A stretch of DNA of 27,652 nucleotides from assembly GCA_048772705.1 (NCBI GenBank), contig JBLWGC010000006.1, forward strand, positions 1 to 27,652. The letters are read 5' to 3'. The DNA comes from Leidyana gryllorum EB-2025a (lineage: Eukaryota; Protista; Apicomplexa). Below, one piece after another: positions 1 to 10,622 of this stretch. Under the pieces are notes generated by a model. It did no database searches. It worked only from the letters and a program-made list of their open reading frames with translations, and was not told the origin of the DNA. The number at the start of each line of letters is the position of its first letter. Position 1 is the first letter of the stretch. A program made the position numbers and the translations under genes.

Positions 1-445
1 CACTCACACCCTAACAGACAAACCATCCAAACCAATATCACTCACACATAGCCTTCTAAGTTGCTCCATATTCACTTTAGCAAACTGAGCATACTACACA
101 TCACAGCACAGTTACCCAAATACACGCCATACACTCATGCAATCATGCATCTCCAGCTCATATAGTCTCACAAATCAATACATAACAAGCACGATACCTG
201 TCAACATACTAAGCAACACAACTATATTGTCACAGTCTTTTATTAGCACAATACACACCACATCAGACCTTACTTGCGCACGCTACAGCAACCGCAACGT
301 GTACAGAATTGAAAGCTAAACAGTCGCAAACACGCAAACACAGTACAGTGCAGCGATAACCAAGCACATAAACCACATAATCCGAAAGCAAACAGCAGTC
401 ACAACAGCCATCGAAGCCGACCGAAACGCCGAACCAAAGGTTACA
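1..445 (-). repeat. Probable LTR of an unrelated element, running off the window start and inserted into the 5' LTR of element A
   Basis: The minus strand begins TGTAACC at 445 (plus ggttaca). It is GT-rich, has no credible ORF and has AATAAA on the minus strand near 238-243. It abuts the point where A's 5' LTR stops matching A's 3' LTR. The other end and TSD are outside the window. Confidence 0.45.
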
Positions 446-620
446 GGCAAACTAGTCTGGCAAAGCCAGTCCAGCTTACCAGCATCTCTGTGTCTCCAAT
501 GCCGGCCGGCACCGGCACCGAGACGGGGAGAGACGAACGACACACACTTACGAAACATGGAGTTACGTAGCAGATCACTTACCAATCTTGATGCCGATGA
601 GAACAGACCGCCAGGTTATA
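446..620 (+). repeat. Element A 5' LTR (5'-truncated), contains gag ATG at 557
   Basis: Shares gtctggca(a)agccagtccagcttaccagc and the terminus ccgccaggttata with 5570-5796, and is followed by C plus the PBS. Confidence 0.85.
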
Positions 621-621
621 C

Positions 622-632
622 TGGTAGCAGTG
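622..632 (+). promoter_or_regulatory. Primer-binding site TGGTAGCAGTG (probably initiator tRNA-Met)
   Basis: Lies 1 nt after the LTR end. The identical 11-mer follows the LTRs of B, B' and F. It is complementary to a tRNA 3' end ...CACUGCUACCA. Confidence 0.85.
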
Positions 633-1480
633 CGTCAGACAAGGACGGATCACCCAAGGCCATAGAAGACCAGAAAGAACCTTCGACAACCAGCGAGCCC
701 AACTTCACCAAGCACAAGCAGGTTGACAACGTGACTTACGCCAAGGGGTCAGAGCACAGCGGCATTGACCAGGTATCACGTATTATGACCTGGATACGGA
801 CAGCCATCCAGGTGGCAGGGCCCTACGAGGGCAGAACCGAGCCCAGACTCCACCTGGACACGCTTGAAAACTGTTTCCGGAACTCACTCCTACCCGAGCA
901 GCACTGGCCAACAGTGGCCTGTGGCACGTACGAGGCGAGGCGTCCGCCTGGGCCAACGCGGTTCGTCAGGACATTCGCAGGATGACGTGGCACAGCTTCA
1001 GGGAACTGGTCATCGGCGAATTCGAAACCGACAAACGCGGCTCTCTCGCCAAACTGGCTACCCTCGCCCCCCAGAACGGACGCATCAGAGCCTTCGCCAT
1101 GGCATTTCGTCAGCATCGGCGGGGTATCACAGCAATCCCAGAGCCAGATCTGATCGAACTGTACCTCAGCAAACTGCCACGAATGGAGCAAATGGCAATC
1201 CGCGGCAGGGCCCCCACCACGCTGGCGGAAGCAGTGTCACTTACCTTGACAATGTGCCCGAGGGATCAGGAGGTTGGACGAGCTATGGTCGTGGAGAAAC
1301 GGGGAGTGGGGCCGAAGAATCCGTATAGTCGGGAGCATTGCGAGCAAAACCGCTTATGCTACATATGCGGCAAGGCGGACCACATGACGAGGCAGTGTCC
1401 AGAACGTCGAAAACGAAACGAGCCGAAGCCACAGCGCACAGTATACAACGCCATGGAGGGTAACCAACCGGGATTATCAG

Positions 1481-1667
1481 CGCGCGTACGGTTGTTCGTT
1501 TGCCGGTTGTCGGGTGCTTCAGATCCCAGCTCACTGAGGCAGTCCAACCTATTCTGTGCGGGTTGTCGTCAAGTCGTAATGCTGTGAAACAGCTGGGTTC
1601 CCCCCGGTGCTTTCGGTGGGCCGGGGGTGCGGTCAAAAATCCTCCTTCTCGGAATCCGTGCTATTCT
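1481..1667 (-). other. 187-bp inversion covering the gag end, frameshift signal and start of pol
   Basis: Flanked by TATCAG (1475-1480) and CTGATA (1668-1673). Flipping it back restores in-frame ...NQPGLS-ENSTDSEKEDF* and ...TTVRA-LIDS. Confidence 0.92.
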
Positions 1668-4028
1668 CTGATAGACTCGCCGCCGAACTCAATATACTCG
1701 ACACGTCCAAGCGGGACAGAATAGGGCTCTCGGCACGATTAGCAACTCTGCAGTGGATCGAAGGCATGGGCAGTGTCGCCTGCGAAGGCGAAACCCAAGC
1801 AATAATAGCCACGCCACACCATGAATATGGACCCATCAACTTCGCAATAGCGAAGATCAACGGCTATGACGCCATCCCGGTGATCCATGAGGCCAACCTG
1901 CTACTGGGGAGGGACGGGAAAGGACACATCGTGGTGGCCGAGCGTACCACTCTCCGATGTGAGCAAACAGTATTCACGATGCCGGTGCCCACAACCACAG
2001 CACAGGAAGGGGAACGAATCACGAGCGAATTCGCCGACTTGCTACAGGAAGACTTACCATACCCACCAGATAGAGGATTTTTCAATTTTCGAATCCAACT
2101 GACACCAGACGCTCAACCATTCAACGGAAGGCCATACGGAGGTACAGAAGAGAATCAACGGGAACTTCGCAGGCAAGTAATGGAACTACTCGCACAGGGC
2201 AAAGTGACACGTTCGAGATCGGAGTGGTCCGCCCCATGTTTCCTCGTCGAGAAGAAGGACACGACCATTCCTCAGACGGTCGTGAACTACAAAGCCCTCA
2301 ATGACAACACAGTGTCATACACCTACCCAACGATGACAACAGAGGAGAACCTATCCAAGCTCAGAGGAGCACGGGTCTTCTCAAAACTCGACCTGAAATC
2401 CGGCTTCCACCAAGTACGCATCGAGGAAGAATCACAGCCACTTACCGCGTTCATTACCCCCTTTGGGAAGTTTCAATACACCGTGATGCCCTTCGGCCTG
2501 AAAAATGCGCCATGCTCGTTCATTGCTCTGATGACTCACGTCCTGGACGGCATGATTGGGAAATTCGTTGTGGCTTACGTAGACGACGTGCTGGTGTACA
2601 GCACCACAGCGGAAGAGCATTACGGACACCTCAAGGCAGTTTTTGAGCGACTCAGAACCCATCAATTATTCTTGAATCCAAAGAAGTCTCAATTCTTTCT
2701 ACAGGAGGTTCATTTTACGGGACACCATGTCACCACCAATGGGATTCAGCCAGATCAGTCCAGAGCTCTTTTCTTCCGCCACCACCCACCCCCAGAGACC
2801 GTCCAAGTACTGCGAGCCATCATCGGTTCCATGACGTACTACGCCCGATTCATTCCCCTGTTCGCCGCACTCACCCGCCCCTTCCACAAACAGATAAGCA
2901 ATGCGAGACGCGCATCCGAGAAGGTGGAATGGAACGAAGAGCTGGTGACTGAGTGGAGAACGCTCACCGAAGCATTTGCAGACAACAGCAAACTTGGACA
3001 CATGGATAGGTCTCTACCTCTCTTGATCACAACGGACGCGTCGAACGAAGCAATCGGAGCCACGCTGGAGCAAGAGCAAGACGGCCAGAGGTTGCCGCTG
3101 GAGTTCATGAGTACTGCACTGACACCCGCACAACGCAAATGGCCAGTCGATGAGCGCGAATTGTATGCCATCGAGATGGCATTGGAGCGGTGGCAACACT
3201 TTCTGATGGAGAAGCCATTTCGAGTCCTTACCGATCATAAACCACTGGCTACCCTGGTGAAGGCGAAGAACGTATCGGACAGGGTAGTACGGACGCTAAT
3301 CAAGATATCACAATACCCGTGTGAGATAGACTATATCAAAGGGAAAGACAATTACCCAGCAGACCTGTTGAGCCGACCAACCCGAACCCAGTGCATGGCG
3401 GCGACAGCAGCCCATCAGGAAGAAGAGTTCCTCCTGGCACTCAAGCGACTTAACGCCACCATAGAGCTACAGCATAACCTTTACCGCCACGAAGGCTTGG
3501 TTTACGACCAGGAAGGAAGAGTTGAGGTTCCCATCAAACTCAGCCATCAGAATGAAAATACTTGAAGAGGCACATACATCACCTTCGGATAGAACACTGC
3601 GCAGAATCGCGGCACTCTTCAGCTGGGAGGGATTAGCACAGGACGTGAGAGAGTTCTGCAACAAATGCGACTCATGTCAAAAGACCAAAGCAACGAACCA
3701 CCGACCGCTGGGCCTCCTTTCACCGCTCCCCCCCCTACCGGACTTGGAAAGAGGTGAGCATAGATCTACTATGCCTACCAAAAGATAGGGAGACCGGAGA
3801 GGACTGTGTACTCACCATGATAGATCGACTCACCAGAAAGATCATACTCGCACCAGAAGGCACCGCGAAACTCTTGTTTGACTATTTGATACGACCGCAC
3901 GGCTGCCCCGAAAGCATCGTCGCCGACTGCGACTCCAGGTGGTTGTCAGAGGCCTGGGCTGAAATCCTCAAACTCACAAATACCCGTCTGCGCACCAGCT
4001 CGGCATTTCATCCGCAAACCAACGGGAT

Positions 4029-4631
4029 CGTTGTAGTTCGTGTTTGCCTGATGGTCAACTTCCTATCGGGTTGCCAAATTCGACTTGGTGAAATTTCCAA
4101 TCGAATTAACATCCATCTGGATACTTCCCTACATATTTGGCACTTATATAGGGGCATGTATAAGATGGTGAAAAGGCATTATTAACGAACGTAGAGCAAC
4201 TACTACTAAAGCGTAAAGGCTGATGCACCCTAGTGGTCTGAACTCTCTGTGACAGTGTAACTGTGCAGACACTCGTATGAATGATCAGAGTGTGGTGTCG
4301 GGGAGAACTACCGTGTGTGTCCAGCGCGAGGCTCCGCAAGAGTGCGAGCGACTGGCACATGGGTAGAGTGAGAGAGACACCAGAGTGAGAGACACACGCA
4401 AGCAAAGTTGACTAAGTCAGAGTTGGACTAGGCAAGAGGCGGCCTAAGATAACTTTTGCACTTGGTACAACAAGTCGTAGTTCTTGTTTTGCGCCGTCGT
4501 GTGCGACATATTCGTGGTAGACTTGTCGGCAAAAATACTAAATTAGTTCCTAAGTCTGACTTGTGGTCGAAAGTATGCAGAGATGAGAACTGGGCCTCGT
4601 TCCCCTTGAGTAGCGACTTGGGGTTACAACA
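4029..4631. mobile_element. Solo LTR, 603 bp, of an unrelated family, inserted in A integrase
   Basis: Termini (C/T)GTTGTA...TACAACA and TSD GGGAT (4024-4028 and 4632-4636). Removing it restores HPQTNGMAERAH. Orientation is not determined. Confidence 0.85.
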
Positions 4632-5141
4632 GGGATGGCAGAGAGGGCACACCGCACCGTCATCCAGATCCTAAGAAACATATGCAACGAGATAGGCGAC
4701 GACTGGAGGCACCTCATATCCACGGTAGAAATGGCGTTCAACGCCACCTTCAACGAATCCATAGGGATGTCACCACACGAAGCGGAAACAGGCAGAGCCT
4801 TTCGAGGACCCTTGGAGGCGACTATCCCAACGGCCCCCACCAAAGTGGACCGATCCAACTGTACTCGGAGCGAATCAGCGAGGTTCTCGATCGAATAAAC
4901 CCCGCTCAACAAAAACAGAAACGGAACGCAGACCGCCACAGACAGGATGAATCTTTTGAGGTTGACGACTGGGTGCTACTCTCCACCAGCAGCTTGAAAG
5001 GACTGAGACGTACGAAGCTCTCCCCCTCACGCATAGCCCTTCCGCATAACCCAAGTGATCCCAGGAAATGTGTACGAGCTCGACCTACCGACTGGGCTGC
5101 GCATCTACAACCGTTTCCACGTCTCACGACTCACCAGGTAC

Positions 5142-5297
5142 TGTAATTGGGCTGGGCACTAGATTCTCTGGCTGGGACTAAGGTACGACTTCGTAGATGC
5201 ATGTATATTCGTTTTTGTCGTTCCGGGTTTTTTGACCTAACTAAAAAGTGTGTGTTCTCTGTGTCTCCGTCTCGCCGGCCGGCCGGCACACCTTACA
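5142..5297 (-). mobile_element. Solo LTR, 156 bp, inserted in A between integrase and chromodomain
   Basis: TGTAA...TTACA termini and TSD GGTAC (5137-5141 and 5298-5302). The minus strand from 5202 encodes MHLRSRTLVPARESSAQPNY. Confidence 0.92.
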
Positions 5298-5569
5298 GGT
5301 ACAAAGGAGACCCACCGGTAGAGACCACCCCCGTCTATCTCATGGACCGAGTGATCGGAGAGAGGGTCACCGCAAGAGGAATACACTGGTTGGTCAAATG
5401 GCAAGGCTACGATGAGCCTCCTGGGAGCCTATCGGGACGCTACGCGAAGGCGACGCCTTGGACCTGGTGTTGGCTTACCGGAACGAGTTCAACCGCAGAC
5501 CGACCACACGAGTTCCCTATACGCCCGCCCAGCTGAGAGGCGAGGACCTCTTAACCAGCCCCGGAGGAG

Positions 5570-5796
5570 TGTAGCGGCTAGCCGCCACCCCTGTACATGC
5601 GTGACCCCTTTTTAATTGCATATCACTGTCTGGCAAGCCAGTCCAGCTTACCAGCGTCTCTGTGTCTCGGAGGCCAGCCGGCACCGGCACGGAGACACAG
5701 AGACACGCACGAACGAACACACGCAATAAGACATGGAGCTACGCAACCACAGACTTACCGATTCCGTAGAGGATCTTACCTTACCGCCAGGTTATA
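5570..5796 (+). repeat. Element A 3' LTR (227 bp)
   Basis: TGTAG start after ggaggag and end ccgccaggttata like the 5' LTR. ATG 5733 encodes MELRNHRLTDSVEDLTLPPGY. Confidence 0.88.
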
Positions 5797-5804
5797 TGCA
5801 CTTC

Positions 5805-6197
5805 TGTAAGCAACACATGTGTTCCCTTTTTAATGTTCATGCGACCGGCACTACCCGGGAATACAAACACGACACACACTAGATCTAGATCCGAACTTAC
5901 CACTACCAGAAGACCATGACCAGACGAGCTAGCAGACCCAGCATCCTACCTAAGGCACTTTCCCTTAAGGCTAAGAAGGCCACCAAGACTGGGGTGGACG
6001 AACCCCCGACTTACTCTGGTAGCAGTGACTACAACCTGGAAGACGGAATTGCCACGGTAGATCACGCCACCTATGCACCGACATCGGTGGTGAGGGACAT
6101 CAAGCTGGTTACCCAGCTCACCAGCTCCTTCAATGGCACCCAAGACCCCAGATGCCACCTAGACAACCTAGAGGCGGCATTTGATACACTCATGATC
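5805..6197 (+). mobile_element. B': inverted copy of the element B 5' end (LTR 5805-6015, PBS 6017-6027, first ~94 gag codons)
   Basis: Near-identical to the reverse complement of 10221-10622 except for a 9-bp deletion and a few substitutions. Confidence 0.93.
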
Positions 6198-9100
6198 ATG
6201 GGCTCCCATGTGGCTTCCTCTTTCGGATACCCAATCCACTTCACTAGGAACCTCAGAGTTCCTTGGCTGTTGCTCTGTGCCAGGATCTTCTCCATTTGAA
6301 ACACCTCTCCACTGTCTTGTGTGGGGTCTCCTTCGAATCTCTTGAGTCTGGAGACCTGGAAGTTGCGCAACCCCTGCCATGCTCGGGGCATATCCAGTTC
6401 GTAAACGTCTGTCTCTAGACATCTCGTGACCCTCATCGGTCCCATGTATGCTTTGCTCAGCTTATGGCGCGGGCCTCCTTTGAGTCCCCTGGTCTTCAGC
6501 AGCACCATGTCTCCCTCCTGGAAGCTCTCCTCGGCTCGTCTGCGGTCATATGTTTTCTTCTGTTGGCTTTGCGCGGCTTTGATCCGATCCTGTATGGTGG
6601 ATATCCTTTCCGAGTGTATGGAGAACTGTGCTGTCGGTCCCGTTTCAATTCCTAAGGTGAGGGGGATTCTTGGGATGTATCCTCTTTCGGCCTCGAACGG
6701 GGAGCTTCCCGTTGAGGCATTTGCCATGGAGTTGTATGCGAACACGATGGCGGCTAATCGCTCGGTCCACTTGGGGCCCACGTCCTCGCAGACGCAGCGC
6801 AACATCTGTATGATGCTCCTGTGTCCTCGTTCCACTAATCCATTGGATTGTGGGTGGGCTGCTGTGCTTGGTTTCAGGGTTATTCCGGCTCTTCGTGCCA
6901 TCTCCGTCCATAAATCACTCAGCCATCTCGAGTCTCTGTCACAAACAATTGTGGTTGGAAATCCATGCTCTCAGACCACTCGGTTCATGAGAATGTGACC
7001 ACAGTCCTCGGCCGTTGCGGTAAGGAAACAGGGTTCGAGGAGTAATCTGCGTGTAAGTCTGTCTATAATGCTCATGACGCAGTCGGGTGTTCCCTCCTGT
7101 TCGGCTGGTAATTCCAATAGGTCGATAAATAACTCTTGCCATGGAAGCTCTGGTGGAGGAATTGGGTTCAGTAGGCCCAGTGGTTTCTTGGTGCTTGATT
7201 TGGCCCTCTGGCACATGGGGCATTCCTTGCAGTACCTGCGTACGTCCTCCGTGACTCCTGACCAGTTAAAATGGCCTCTGACTTTCAATAGCGTTCGGTC
7301 GTGAGCGAGATGTCGCGCTAGTGTAGAGTCGTGTGACTCTCGGATGACCATCAGTCTGAGGTCATTCTCGCCTGGCACGTATAGCCTCCCAAATTCGTCG
7401 TATATCCAATCCCCTTCTCGTTCGAATCCTTCCGGGGGGTGTTCGGTTCGGGCTGTTGCCTCTCTCAGCAGCTTGGCGAAATCTGTTTCGGCTCTAAATG
7501 TCACCAGGACTTCAGCCCTGGCACGACTCAGTAGACATTTTTCTCTCCCGGAATGTGGTCGATTGTGGCTGGGTACTGTGAGATCTTAATAAGCCAGCGA
7601 ATGACTTTGGGGCTTAGAGCCGTGCTGGTCTTCTGCAGTACCACCAGCGGCTTGTGGTCGGTGTGAATGAAGAAATCACGGCTCAGAAGGTAGTGTTTCC
7701 AGCGTTTTAGGGCCGATAGGATTGCCCATAACTCCCTCTCGTGAACAGCCCAGTTGGCCTGAGTGGTGGTCAGGTGTGTGCTAACATGTTCAATGATCCG
7801 TCGGGACTTTCCGTCTTGGCTCCATTGCTCCAGAGTTCCACCTGCAGCTACGTTGCTGGCATCGGTTATCACATGAAAGGGTAGAGTGTCGTCCACCACT
7901 CGAAGGGTCAGATCCGAGCCGAACGCGTCGGTGAGCGTCGTCCATTCTTTCTTAGTTTCGTCCGTCCACAAAATTTTGTCCTTCGGATTTTGGTACTGGT
8001 TAATGAGCGTGTGGAAAGGACTGGTGAGCTCGGCGAATCTAGGTATGTATTTAGCGTAATATGTCATCCCCCCAATAGCTCTTCGTAGATCTTTCATCGT
8101 GAATGGTGGTTCTAGCAGACTGAAGGCGTTCTGTCGGTATTGGTTCGGTCGCACTCCTCGGTGGTCGAGGTGTTGGCCAATGAAGTCGACTTCAGTAAGG
8201 AAGAAACTTGACTTCTTCGGGTGTACCTTCAGTTCATGTTCGGTGAGTCTTTGCAGGATTGGGTGGAGGTCTGACCGGTGAGTCTGAAGCGAAGGGCTGT
8301 AGACTAGTATGTCATCAACGTAAGCAATTGCGCATTTCCCCAGCCATGGTTTCAGATGTCTTGGATGAACGCCACGAAGGCTGGTGGTGCGTTCTTCAGT
8401 CCGAATGGCAGGACTCGCCAGTCGAACTTACCCACTGGTGATGAGAAGGCCGTGAGATGGCGACACTCTTCCTTGAGCAGGATCTGGTGCTATCCCGACT
8501 GGAGATCCAGCTTTGAGAAGACGCGAGCCTTGCGTAGCTCTGGTGCCACCAGGTCTGAGCGCGGTATTGGGTACGCATAGGTTTCTGTTGCATCATTGAG
8601 TTTCTTGTAGTTAATTGCAGTCCGGCTGTTCCGTAACCCGGCCTACGTGCGTACCACTGCGTAAGCTGCGTCCCATCTTAACCGTGTCTTATCTCCAGTT
8701 GGTTGTTCGTTAGTTTGTCTGTCTATTACGTGTGTCCGAAAAACCCTTGTAAGAACCCCTGTAGTGTATAGCCTGAGTAACCTTGCCCTAAGGGCTATAT
8801 TAATGACTAGGCGTGGTAGGGGGGTGTCCTACTTCGGCACTAGGAAGCAAGGAGCTCCCCATTCCGACTTGGATCGTTGTATCTTGCCCTGTTCAAGTAG
8901 CTCCTGTAGTTGTCGATCTATTTCCTGTCTGTTCTGTTCGGAGCATCCGTAGGCTCTGTCCGCGCTAGGAGTGTGCCCTGGTCGAAGTTTGATGTCGAAA
9001 TCGTGGAAGCCTCTCGAGGGTGGCACTTCCGTATTGGGTTTGAACAAGCCACCAAAGTCGGAGAGTATCCACTCCTCTTCAGGGGGAGTCTTCAGTGTCA

Positions 9101-9604
9101 GCGCTGTCGCAATGAGTCTTTGTTGCTCTATTGGTGTCGCATTCTTCTTGGTGATTGAAACTTGTTCCAGTATTGTTATTTGACCCCGGCTGTCCGTGCC
9201 AATCGCTAGTTGGAGCGCCCTGATGGTATCGATTCCAAGGATTACGTCATATGGCTCGATCTCCGCTATTGTGTATTCCAGTTTGAATGTTTGATTTGCC
9301 GGCGTGTGCAGGGTCGCTGATGGTCGATCCCTGATTGGTTTGTTGGCCTATGCCGTTGAGAATCGTTCGTCGTGATGTGTTCACTATGAGGCCTAGTTTT
9401 CGAGCTGAGTTTGGGCTGAGCAGGTTGATTTCAGCTCCTGTGTCCACCAAGCATAATGCCCTGATCTGCTTCCCTCCTCCACTAATCCGCCACGTCACGG
9501 CTGCCCTTGATTGCTCGCCGACTCTGAACATATGTGCCACTGATGCTCGGCATTCGTCTTGCCCCCACTCCCACTTTCATGGGTGGAGCTTCTTTCAAAA
9601 ATCC
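6198..9604 (-). pseudogene. pol: Element B pol, fragmented
   Basis: Minus-strand ORF pieces 9540-9247 (PR), 9047-8829 and onward (RT), 8154-7528 (RNase H), 7504-6971 and 6901-6198 (integrase, chromodomain). Closely similar to element D pol. Confidence 0.92.
8616..8799 (-). mobile_element. Solo LTR, 184 bp, inserted in B RT
   Basis: TSD TTAAT (8611-8615 and 8800-8804). Removing it restores PRLVINYKKLN. Termini are degenerate (TATAG...CTGCA). The minus strand from 8676 encodes MGRSLRSGTHVGRVTEQPDC. Confidence 0.88.
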
Positions 9605-10502
9605 TCGTCCGCACTATCGGACGTTTGGTCTTCGGTCGCTTGAACTAAACAGCTCCTTTTGGGTGGTCTGCTCGTATTCGTTCGTTCGTTCCTGCTACGC
9701 TTCGGGCAGTTCGGGGCTAGGTGCCCTTTCTCCCCGCACGTGAAGCAAGGCCCGTTACTTTGACAGTGTTCGCGTGAGTGCGGATTGTTGTATCCCACTC
9801 CCTTGGGTCGCACTACCAAGACACGTTGAGTTCCGACTTGTTGTGAGCGTTCCCTTCCCAGTTCTGCGAGTAAGTCCATTGCTTCTTCGATCGATTGCGG
9901 ACGTCGGGCCATTAGCAAGGCCTTCTCCGTAAGGCTCTTCTCACTATGTGCAGTAGTTCGGTTTCCTCTAAGTTGAACAATCCACGACGCAATTCTCGTA
10001 CCCTTCGGACAAAGGTGGTCAGATCGTGGGCTTCTGGCTTTAGGTCCATAAGTTCCTCCAGGTCGCTGCGGGTGGGTGTGCCGAATTTTCTTATGAAGCG
10101 CTCAATGAAATCACTCCAAGGTAAGCTTCGTATTGGTTCGGTGCGCGCTACGGCATTAAGCCAGCGTGCGGCTGAGTCCTTTGGGGTTCCGAATGCGATG
10201 CGGGTCCGGTCGGGTTCTGGGATCATGAGTGTATCAAATGCCGCCTCTAGGTTGTCTAGGTGGCATCTGGGGTCTTGGGTGCCATTGAAGGAGCTGGTGA
10301 GCTGGGTAACCAGCTTGATGTCCCTCACCACCGATGTCGGTGCATTGGTGGTGTGATCTACCGTGGCAATTCCGTCTTCCAGGTTGTAGTCACTGCTACC
10401 AGTGTAAGTCGGGGGTTCGTCCACCCCAGTCTTGGTGGCCTTCTTAGCATTAAGGGAAAGTGCCTTAGGTAGGATGCTGGGTCTGCTAGCTCGTCTGGTC
10501 AT
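9595..10502 (-). pseudogene. gag: Element B gag (one frameshift near 9915)
   Basis: ORFs 10502-9912 and 9918-9595, with a CFTCGEKGHLAPNC knuckle and end EDF* at GGATTTTTGA. Confidence 0.92.
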
Positions 10503-10622
10503 GGTCTTCTGGTAGTGGTAAGTTCGGATCTAGATCTAGTGTGTGTCGTGTTTGTATTCCCGGTGTCTCCGGGTAGTGCCGGTCGCATGAGCATTAAAAA
10601 GGGAACACATGTGTTGCTTACA
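10403..10622 (-). repeat. Element B 5' LTR (220 bp) containing gag ATG at 10502
   Basis: TGTAAG...CTTACA followed by C and PBS TGGTAGCAGTG (10401-10391). Confidence 0.92.

Larger units (their letters stand above)
557..1667 (+). pseudogene. gag: Element A gag (frameshift near 940-985; 3' end inverted)
   Basis: ORFs 557-985 and 982-1480 give a retrotransposon-Gag capsid region and CYICGKADHMTRQC knuckle. The true C-terminus ENSTDSEKEDF* lies on the minus strand at 1667-1633. Confidence 0.88.
1668..5569 (+). pseudogene. pol: Element A pol (PR-RT-RNaseH-IN-chromodomain), disrupted
   Basis: LIDS.AELNIL protease, FSKLDLKSGFHQ, MPFGLKNAP, YVDD, TDAS/ERELYAI/TDHKPL, CNKCDSC, HPQTNG|MAERAH, YLMDRVIGER...VKWQGY. 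Interrupted at 4029-4631 and 5142-5297. Confidence 0.93.
446..5796 (+). mobile_element. Element A: degenerate Ty3/Gypsy chromovirus LTR retrotransposon
   Basis: Order is LTR remnant, PBS, gag with CCHC knuckle, PR, RT (YVDD), RNase H, integrase, chromodomain, purine tract, 3' LTR. It has several frameshifts and small deletions, one internal inversion and two solo-LTR insertions. Confidence 0.93.
6198..10622 (-). mobile_element. Element B: degenerate chromovirus, truncated within the chromodomain, no 3' LTR
   Basis: 5' LTR 10622-10403, PBS 10401-10391, gag, pol with LVDTGA, RT, RNase H, integrase and FQMEKI...VKWIGY...TWEP. Contains in-frame stops and frameshifts. Confidence 0.93.

Noticed and set aside
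1-60. CA-rich start containing CCCTAA, suggesting a telomere
   Set aside because: Only one CCCTAA and no tandem array. It is better explained as the reverse strand of a GT-rich LTR.
10391-10520. Tf1-like self-priming via CTACCAG in the B LTR pairing with CTGGTAG at the PBS
   Set aside because: Only 7 bp and not found in the A or F LTRs. The shared 11-mer starting TGG fits tRNA priming better.
5805-10622. Long terminal inverted repeats suggesting a DNA transposon or DIRS-like element
   Set aside because: The arms are LTR+PBS+gag of the same Gypsy element. There is no transposase or tyrosine recombinase and no TSD.
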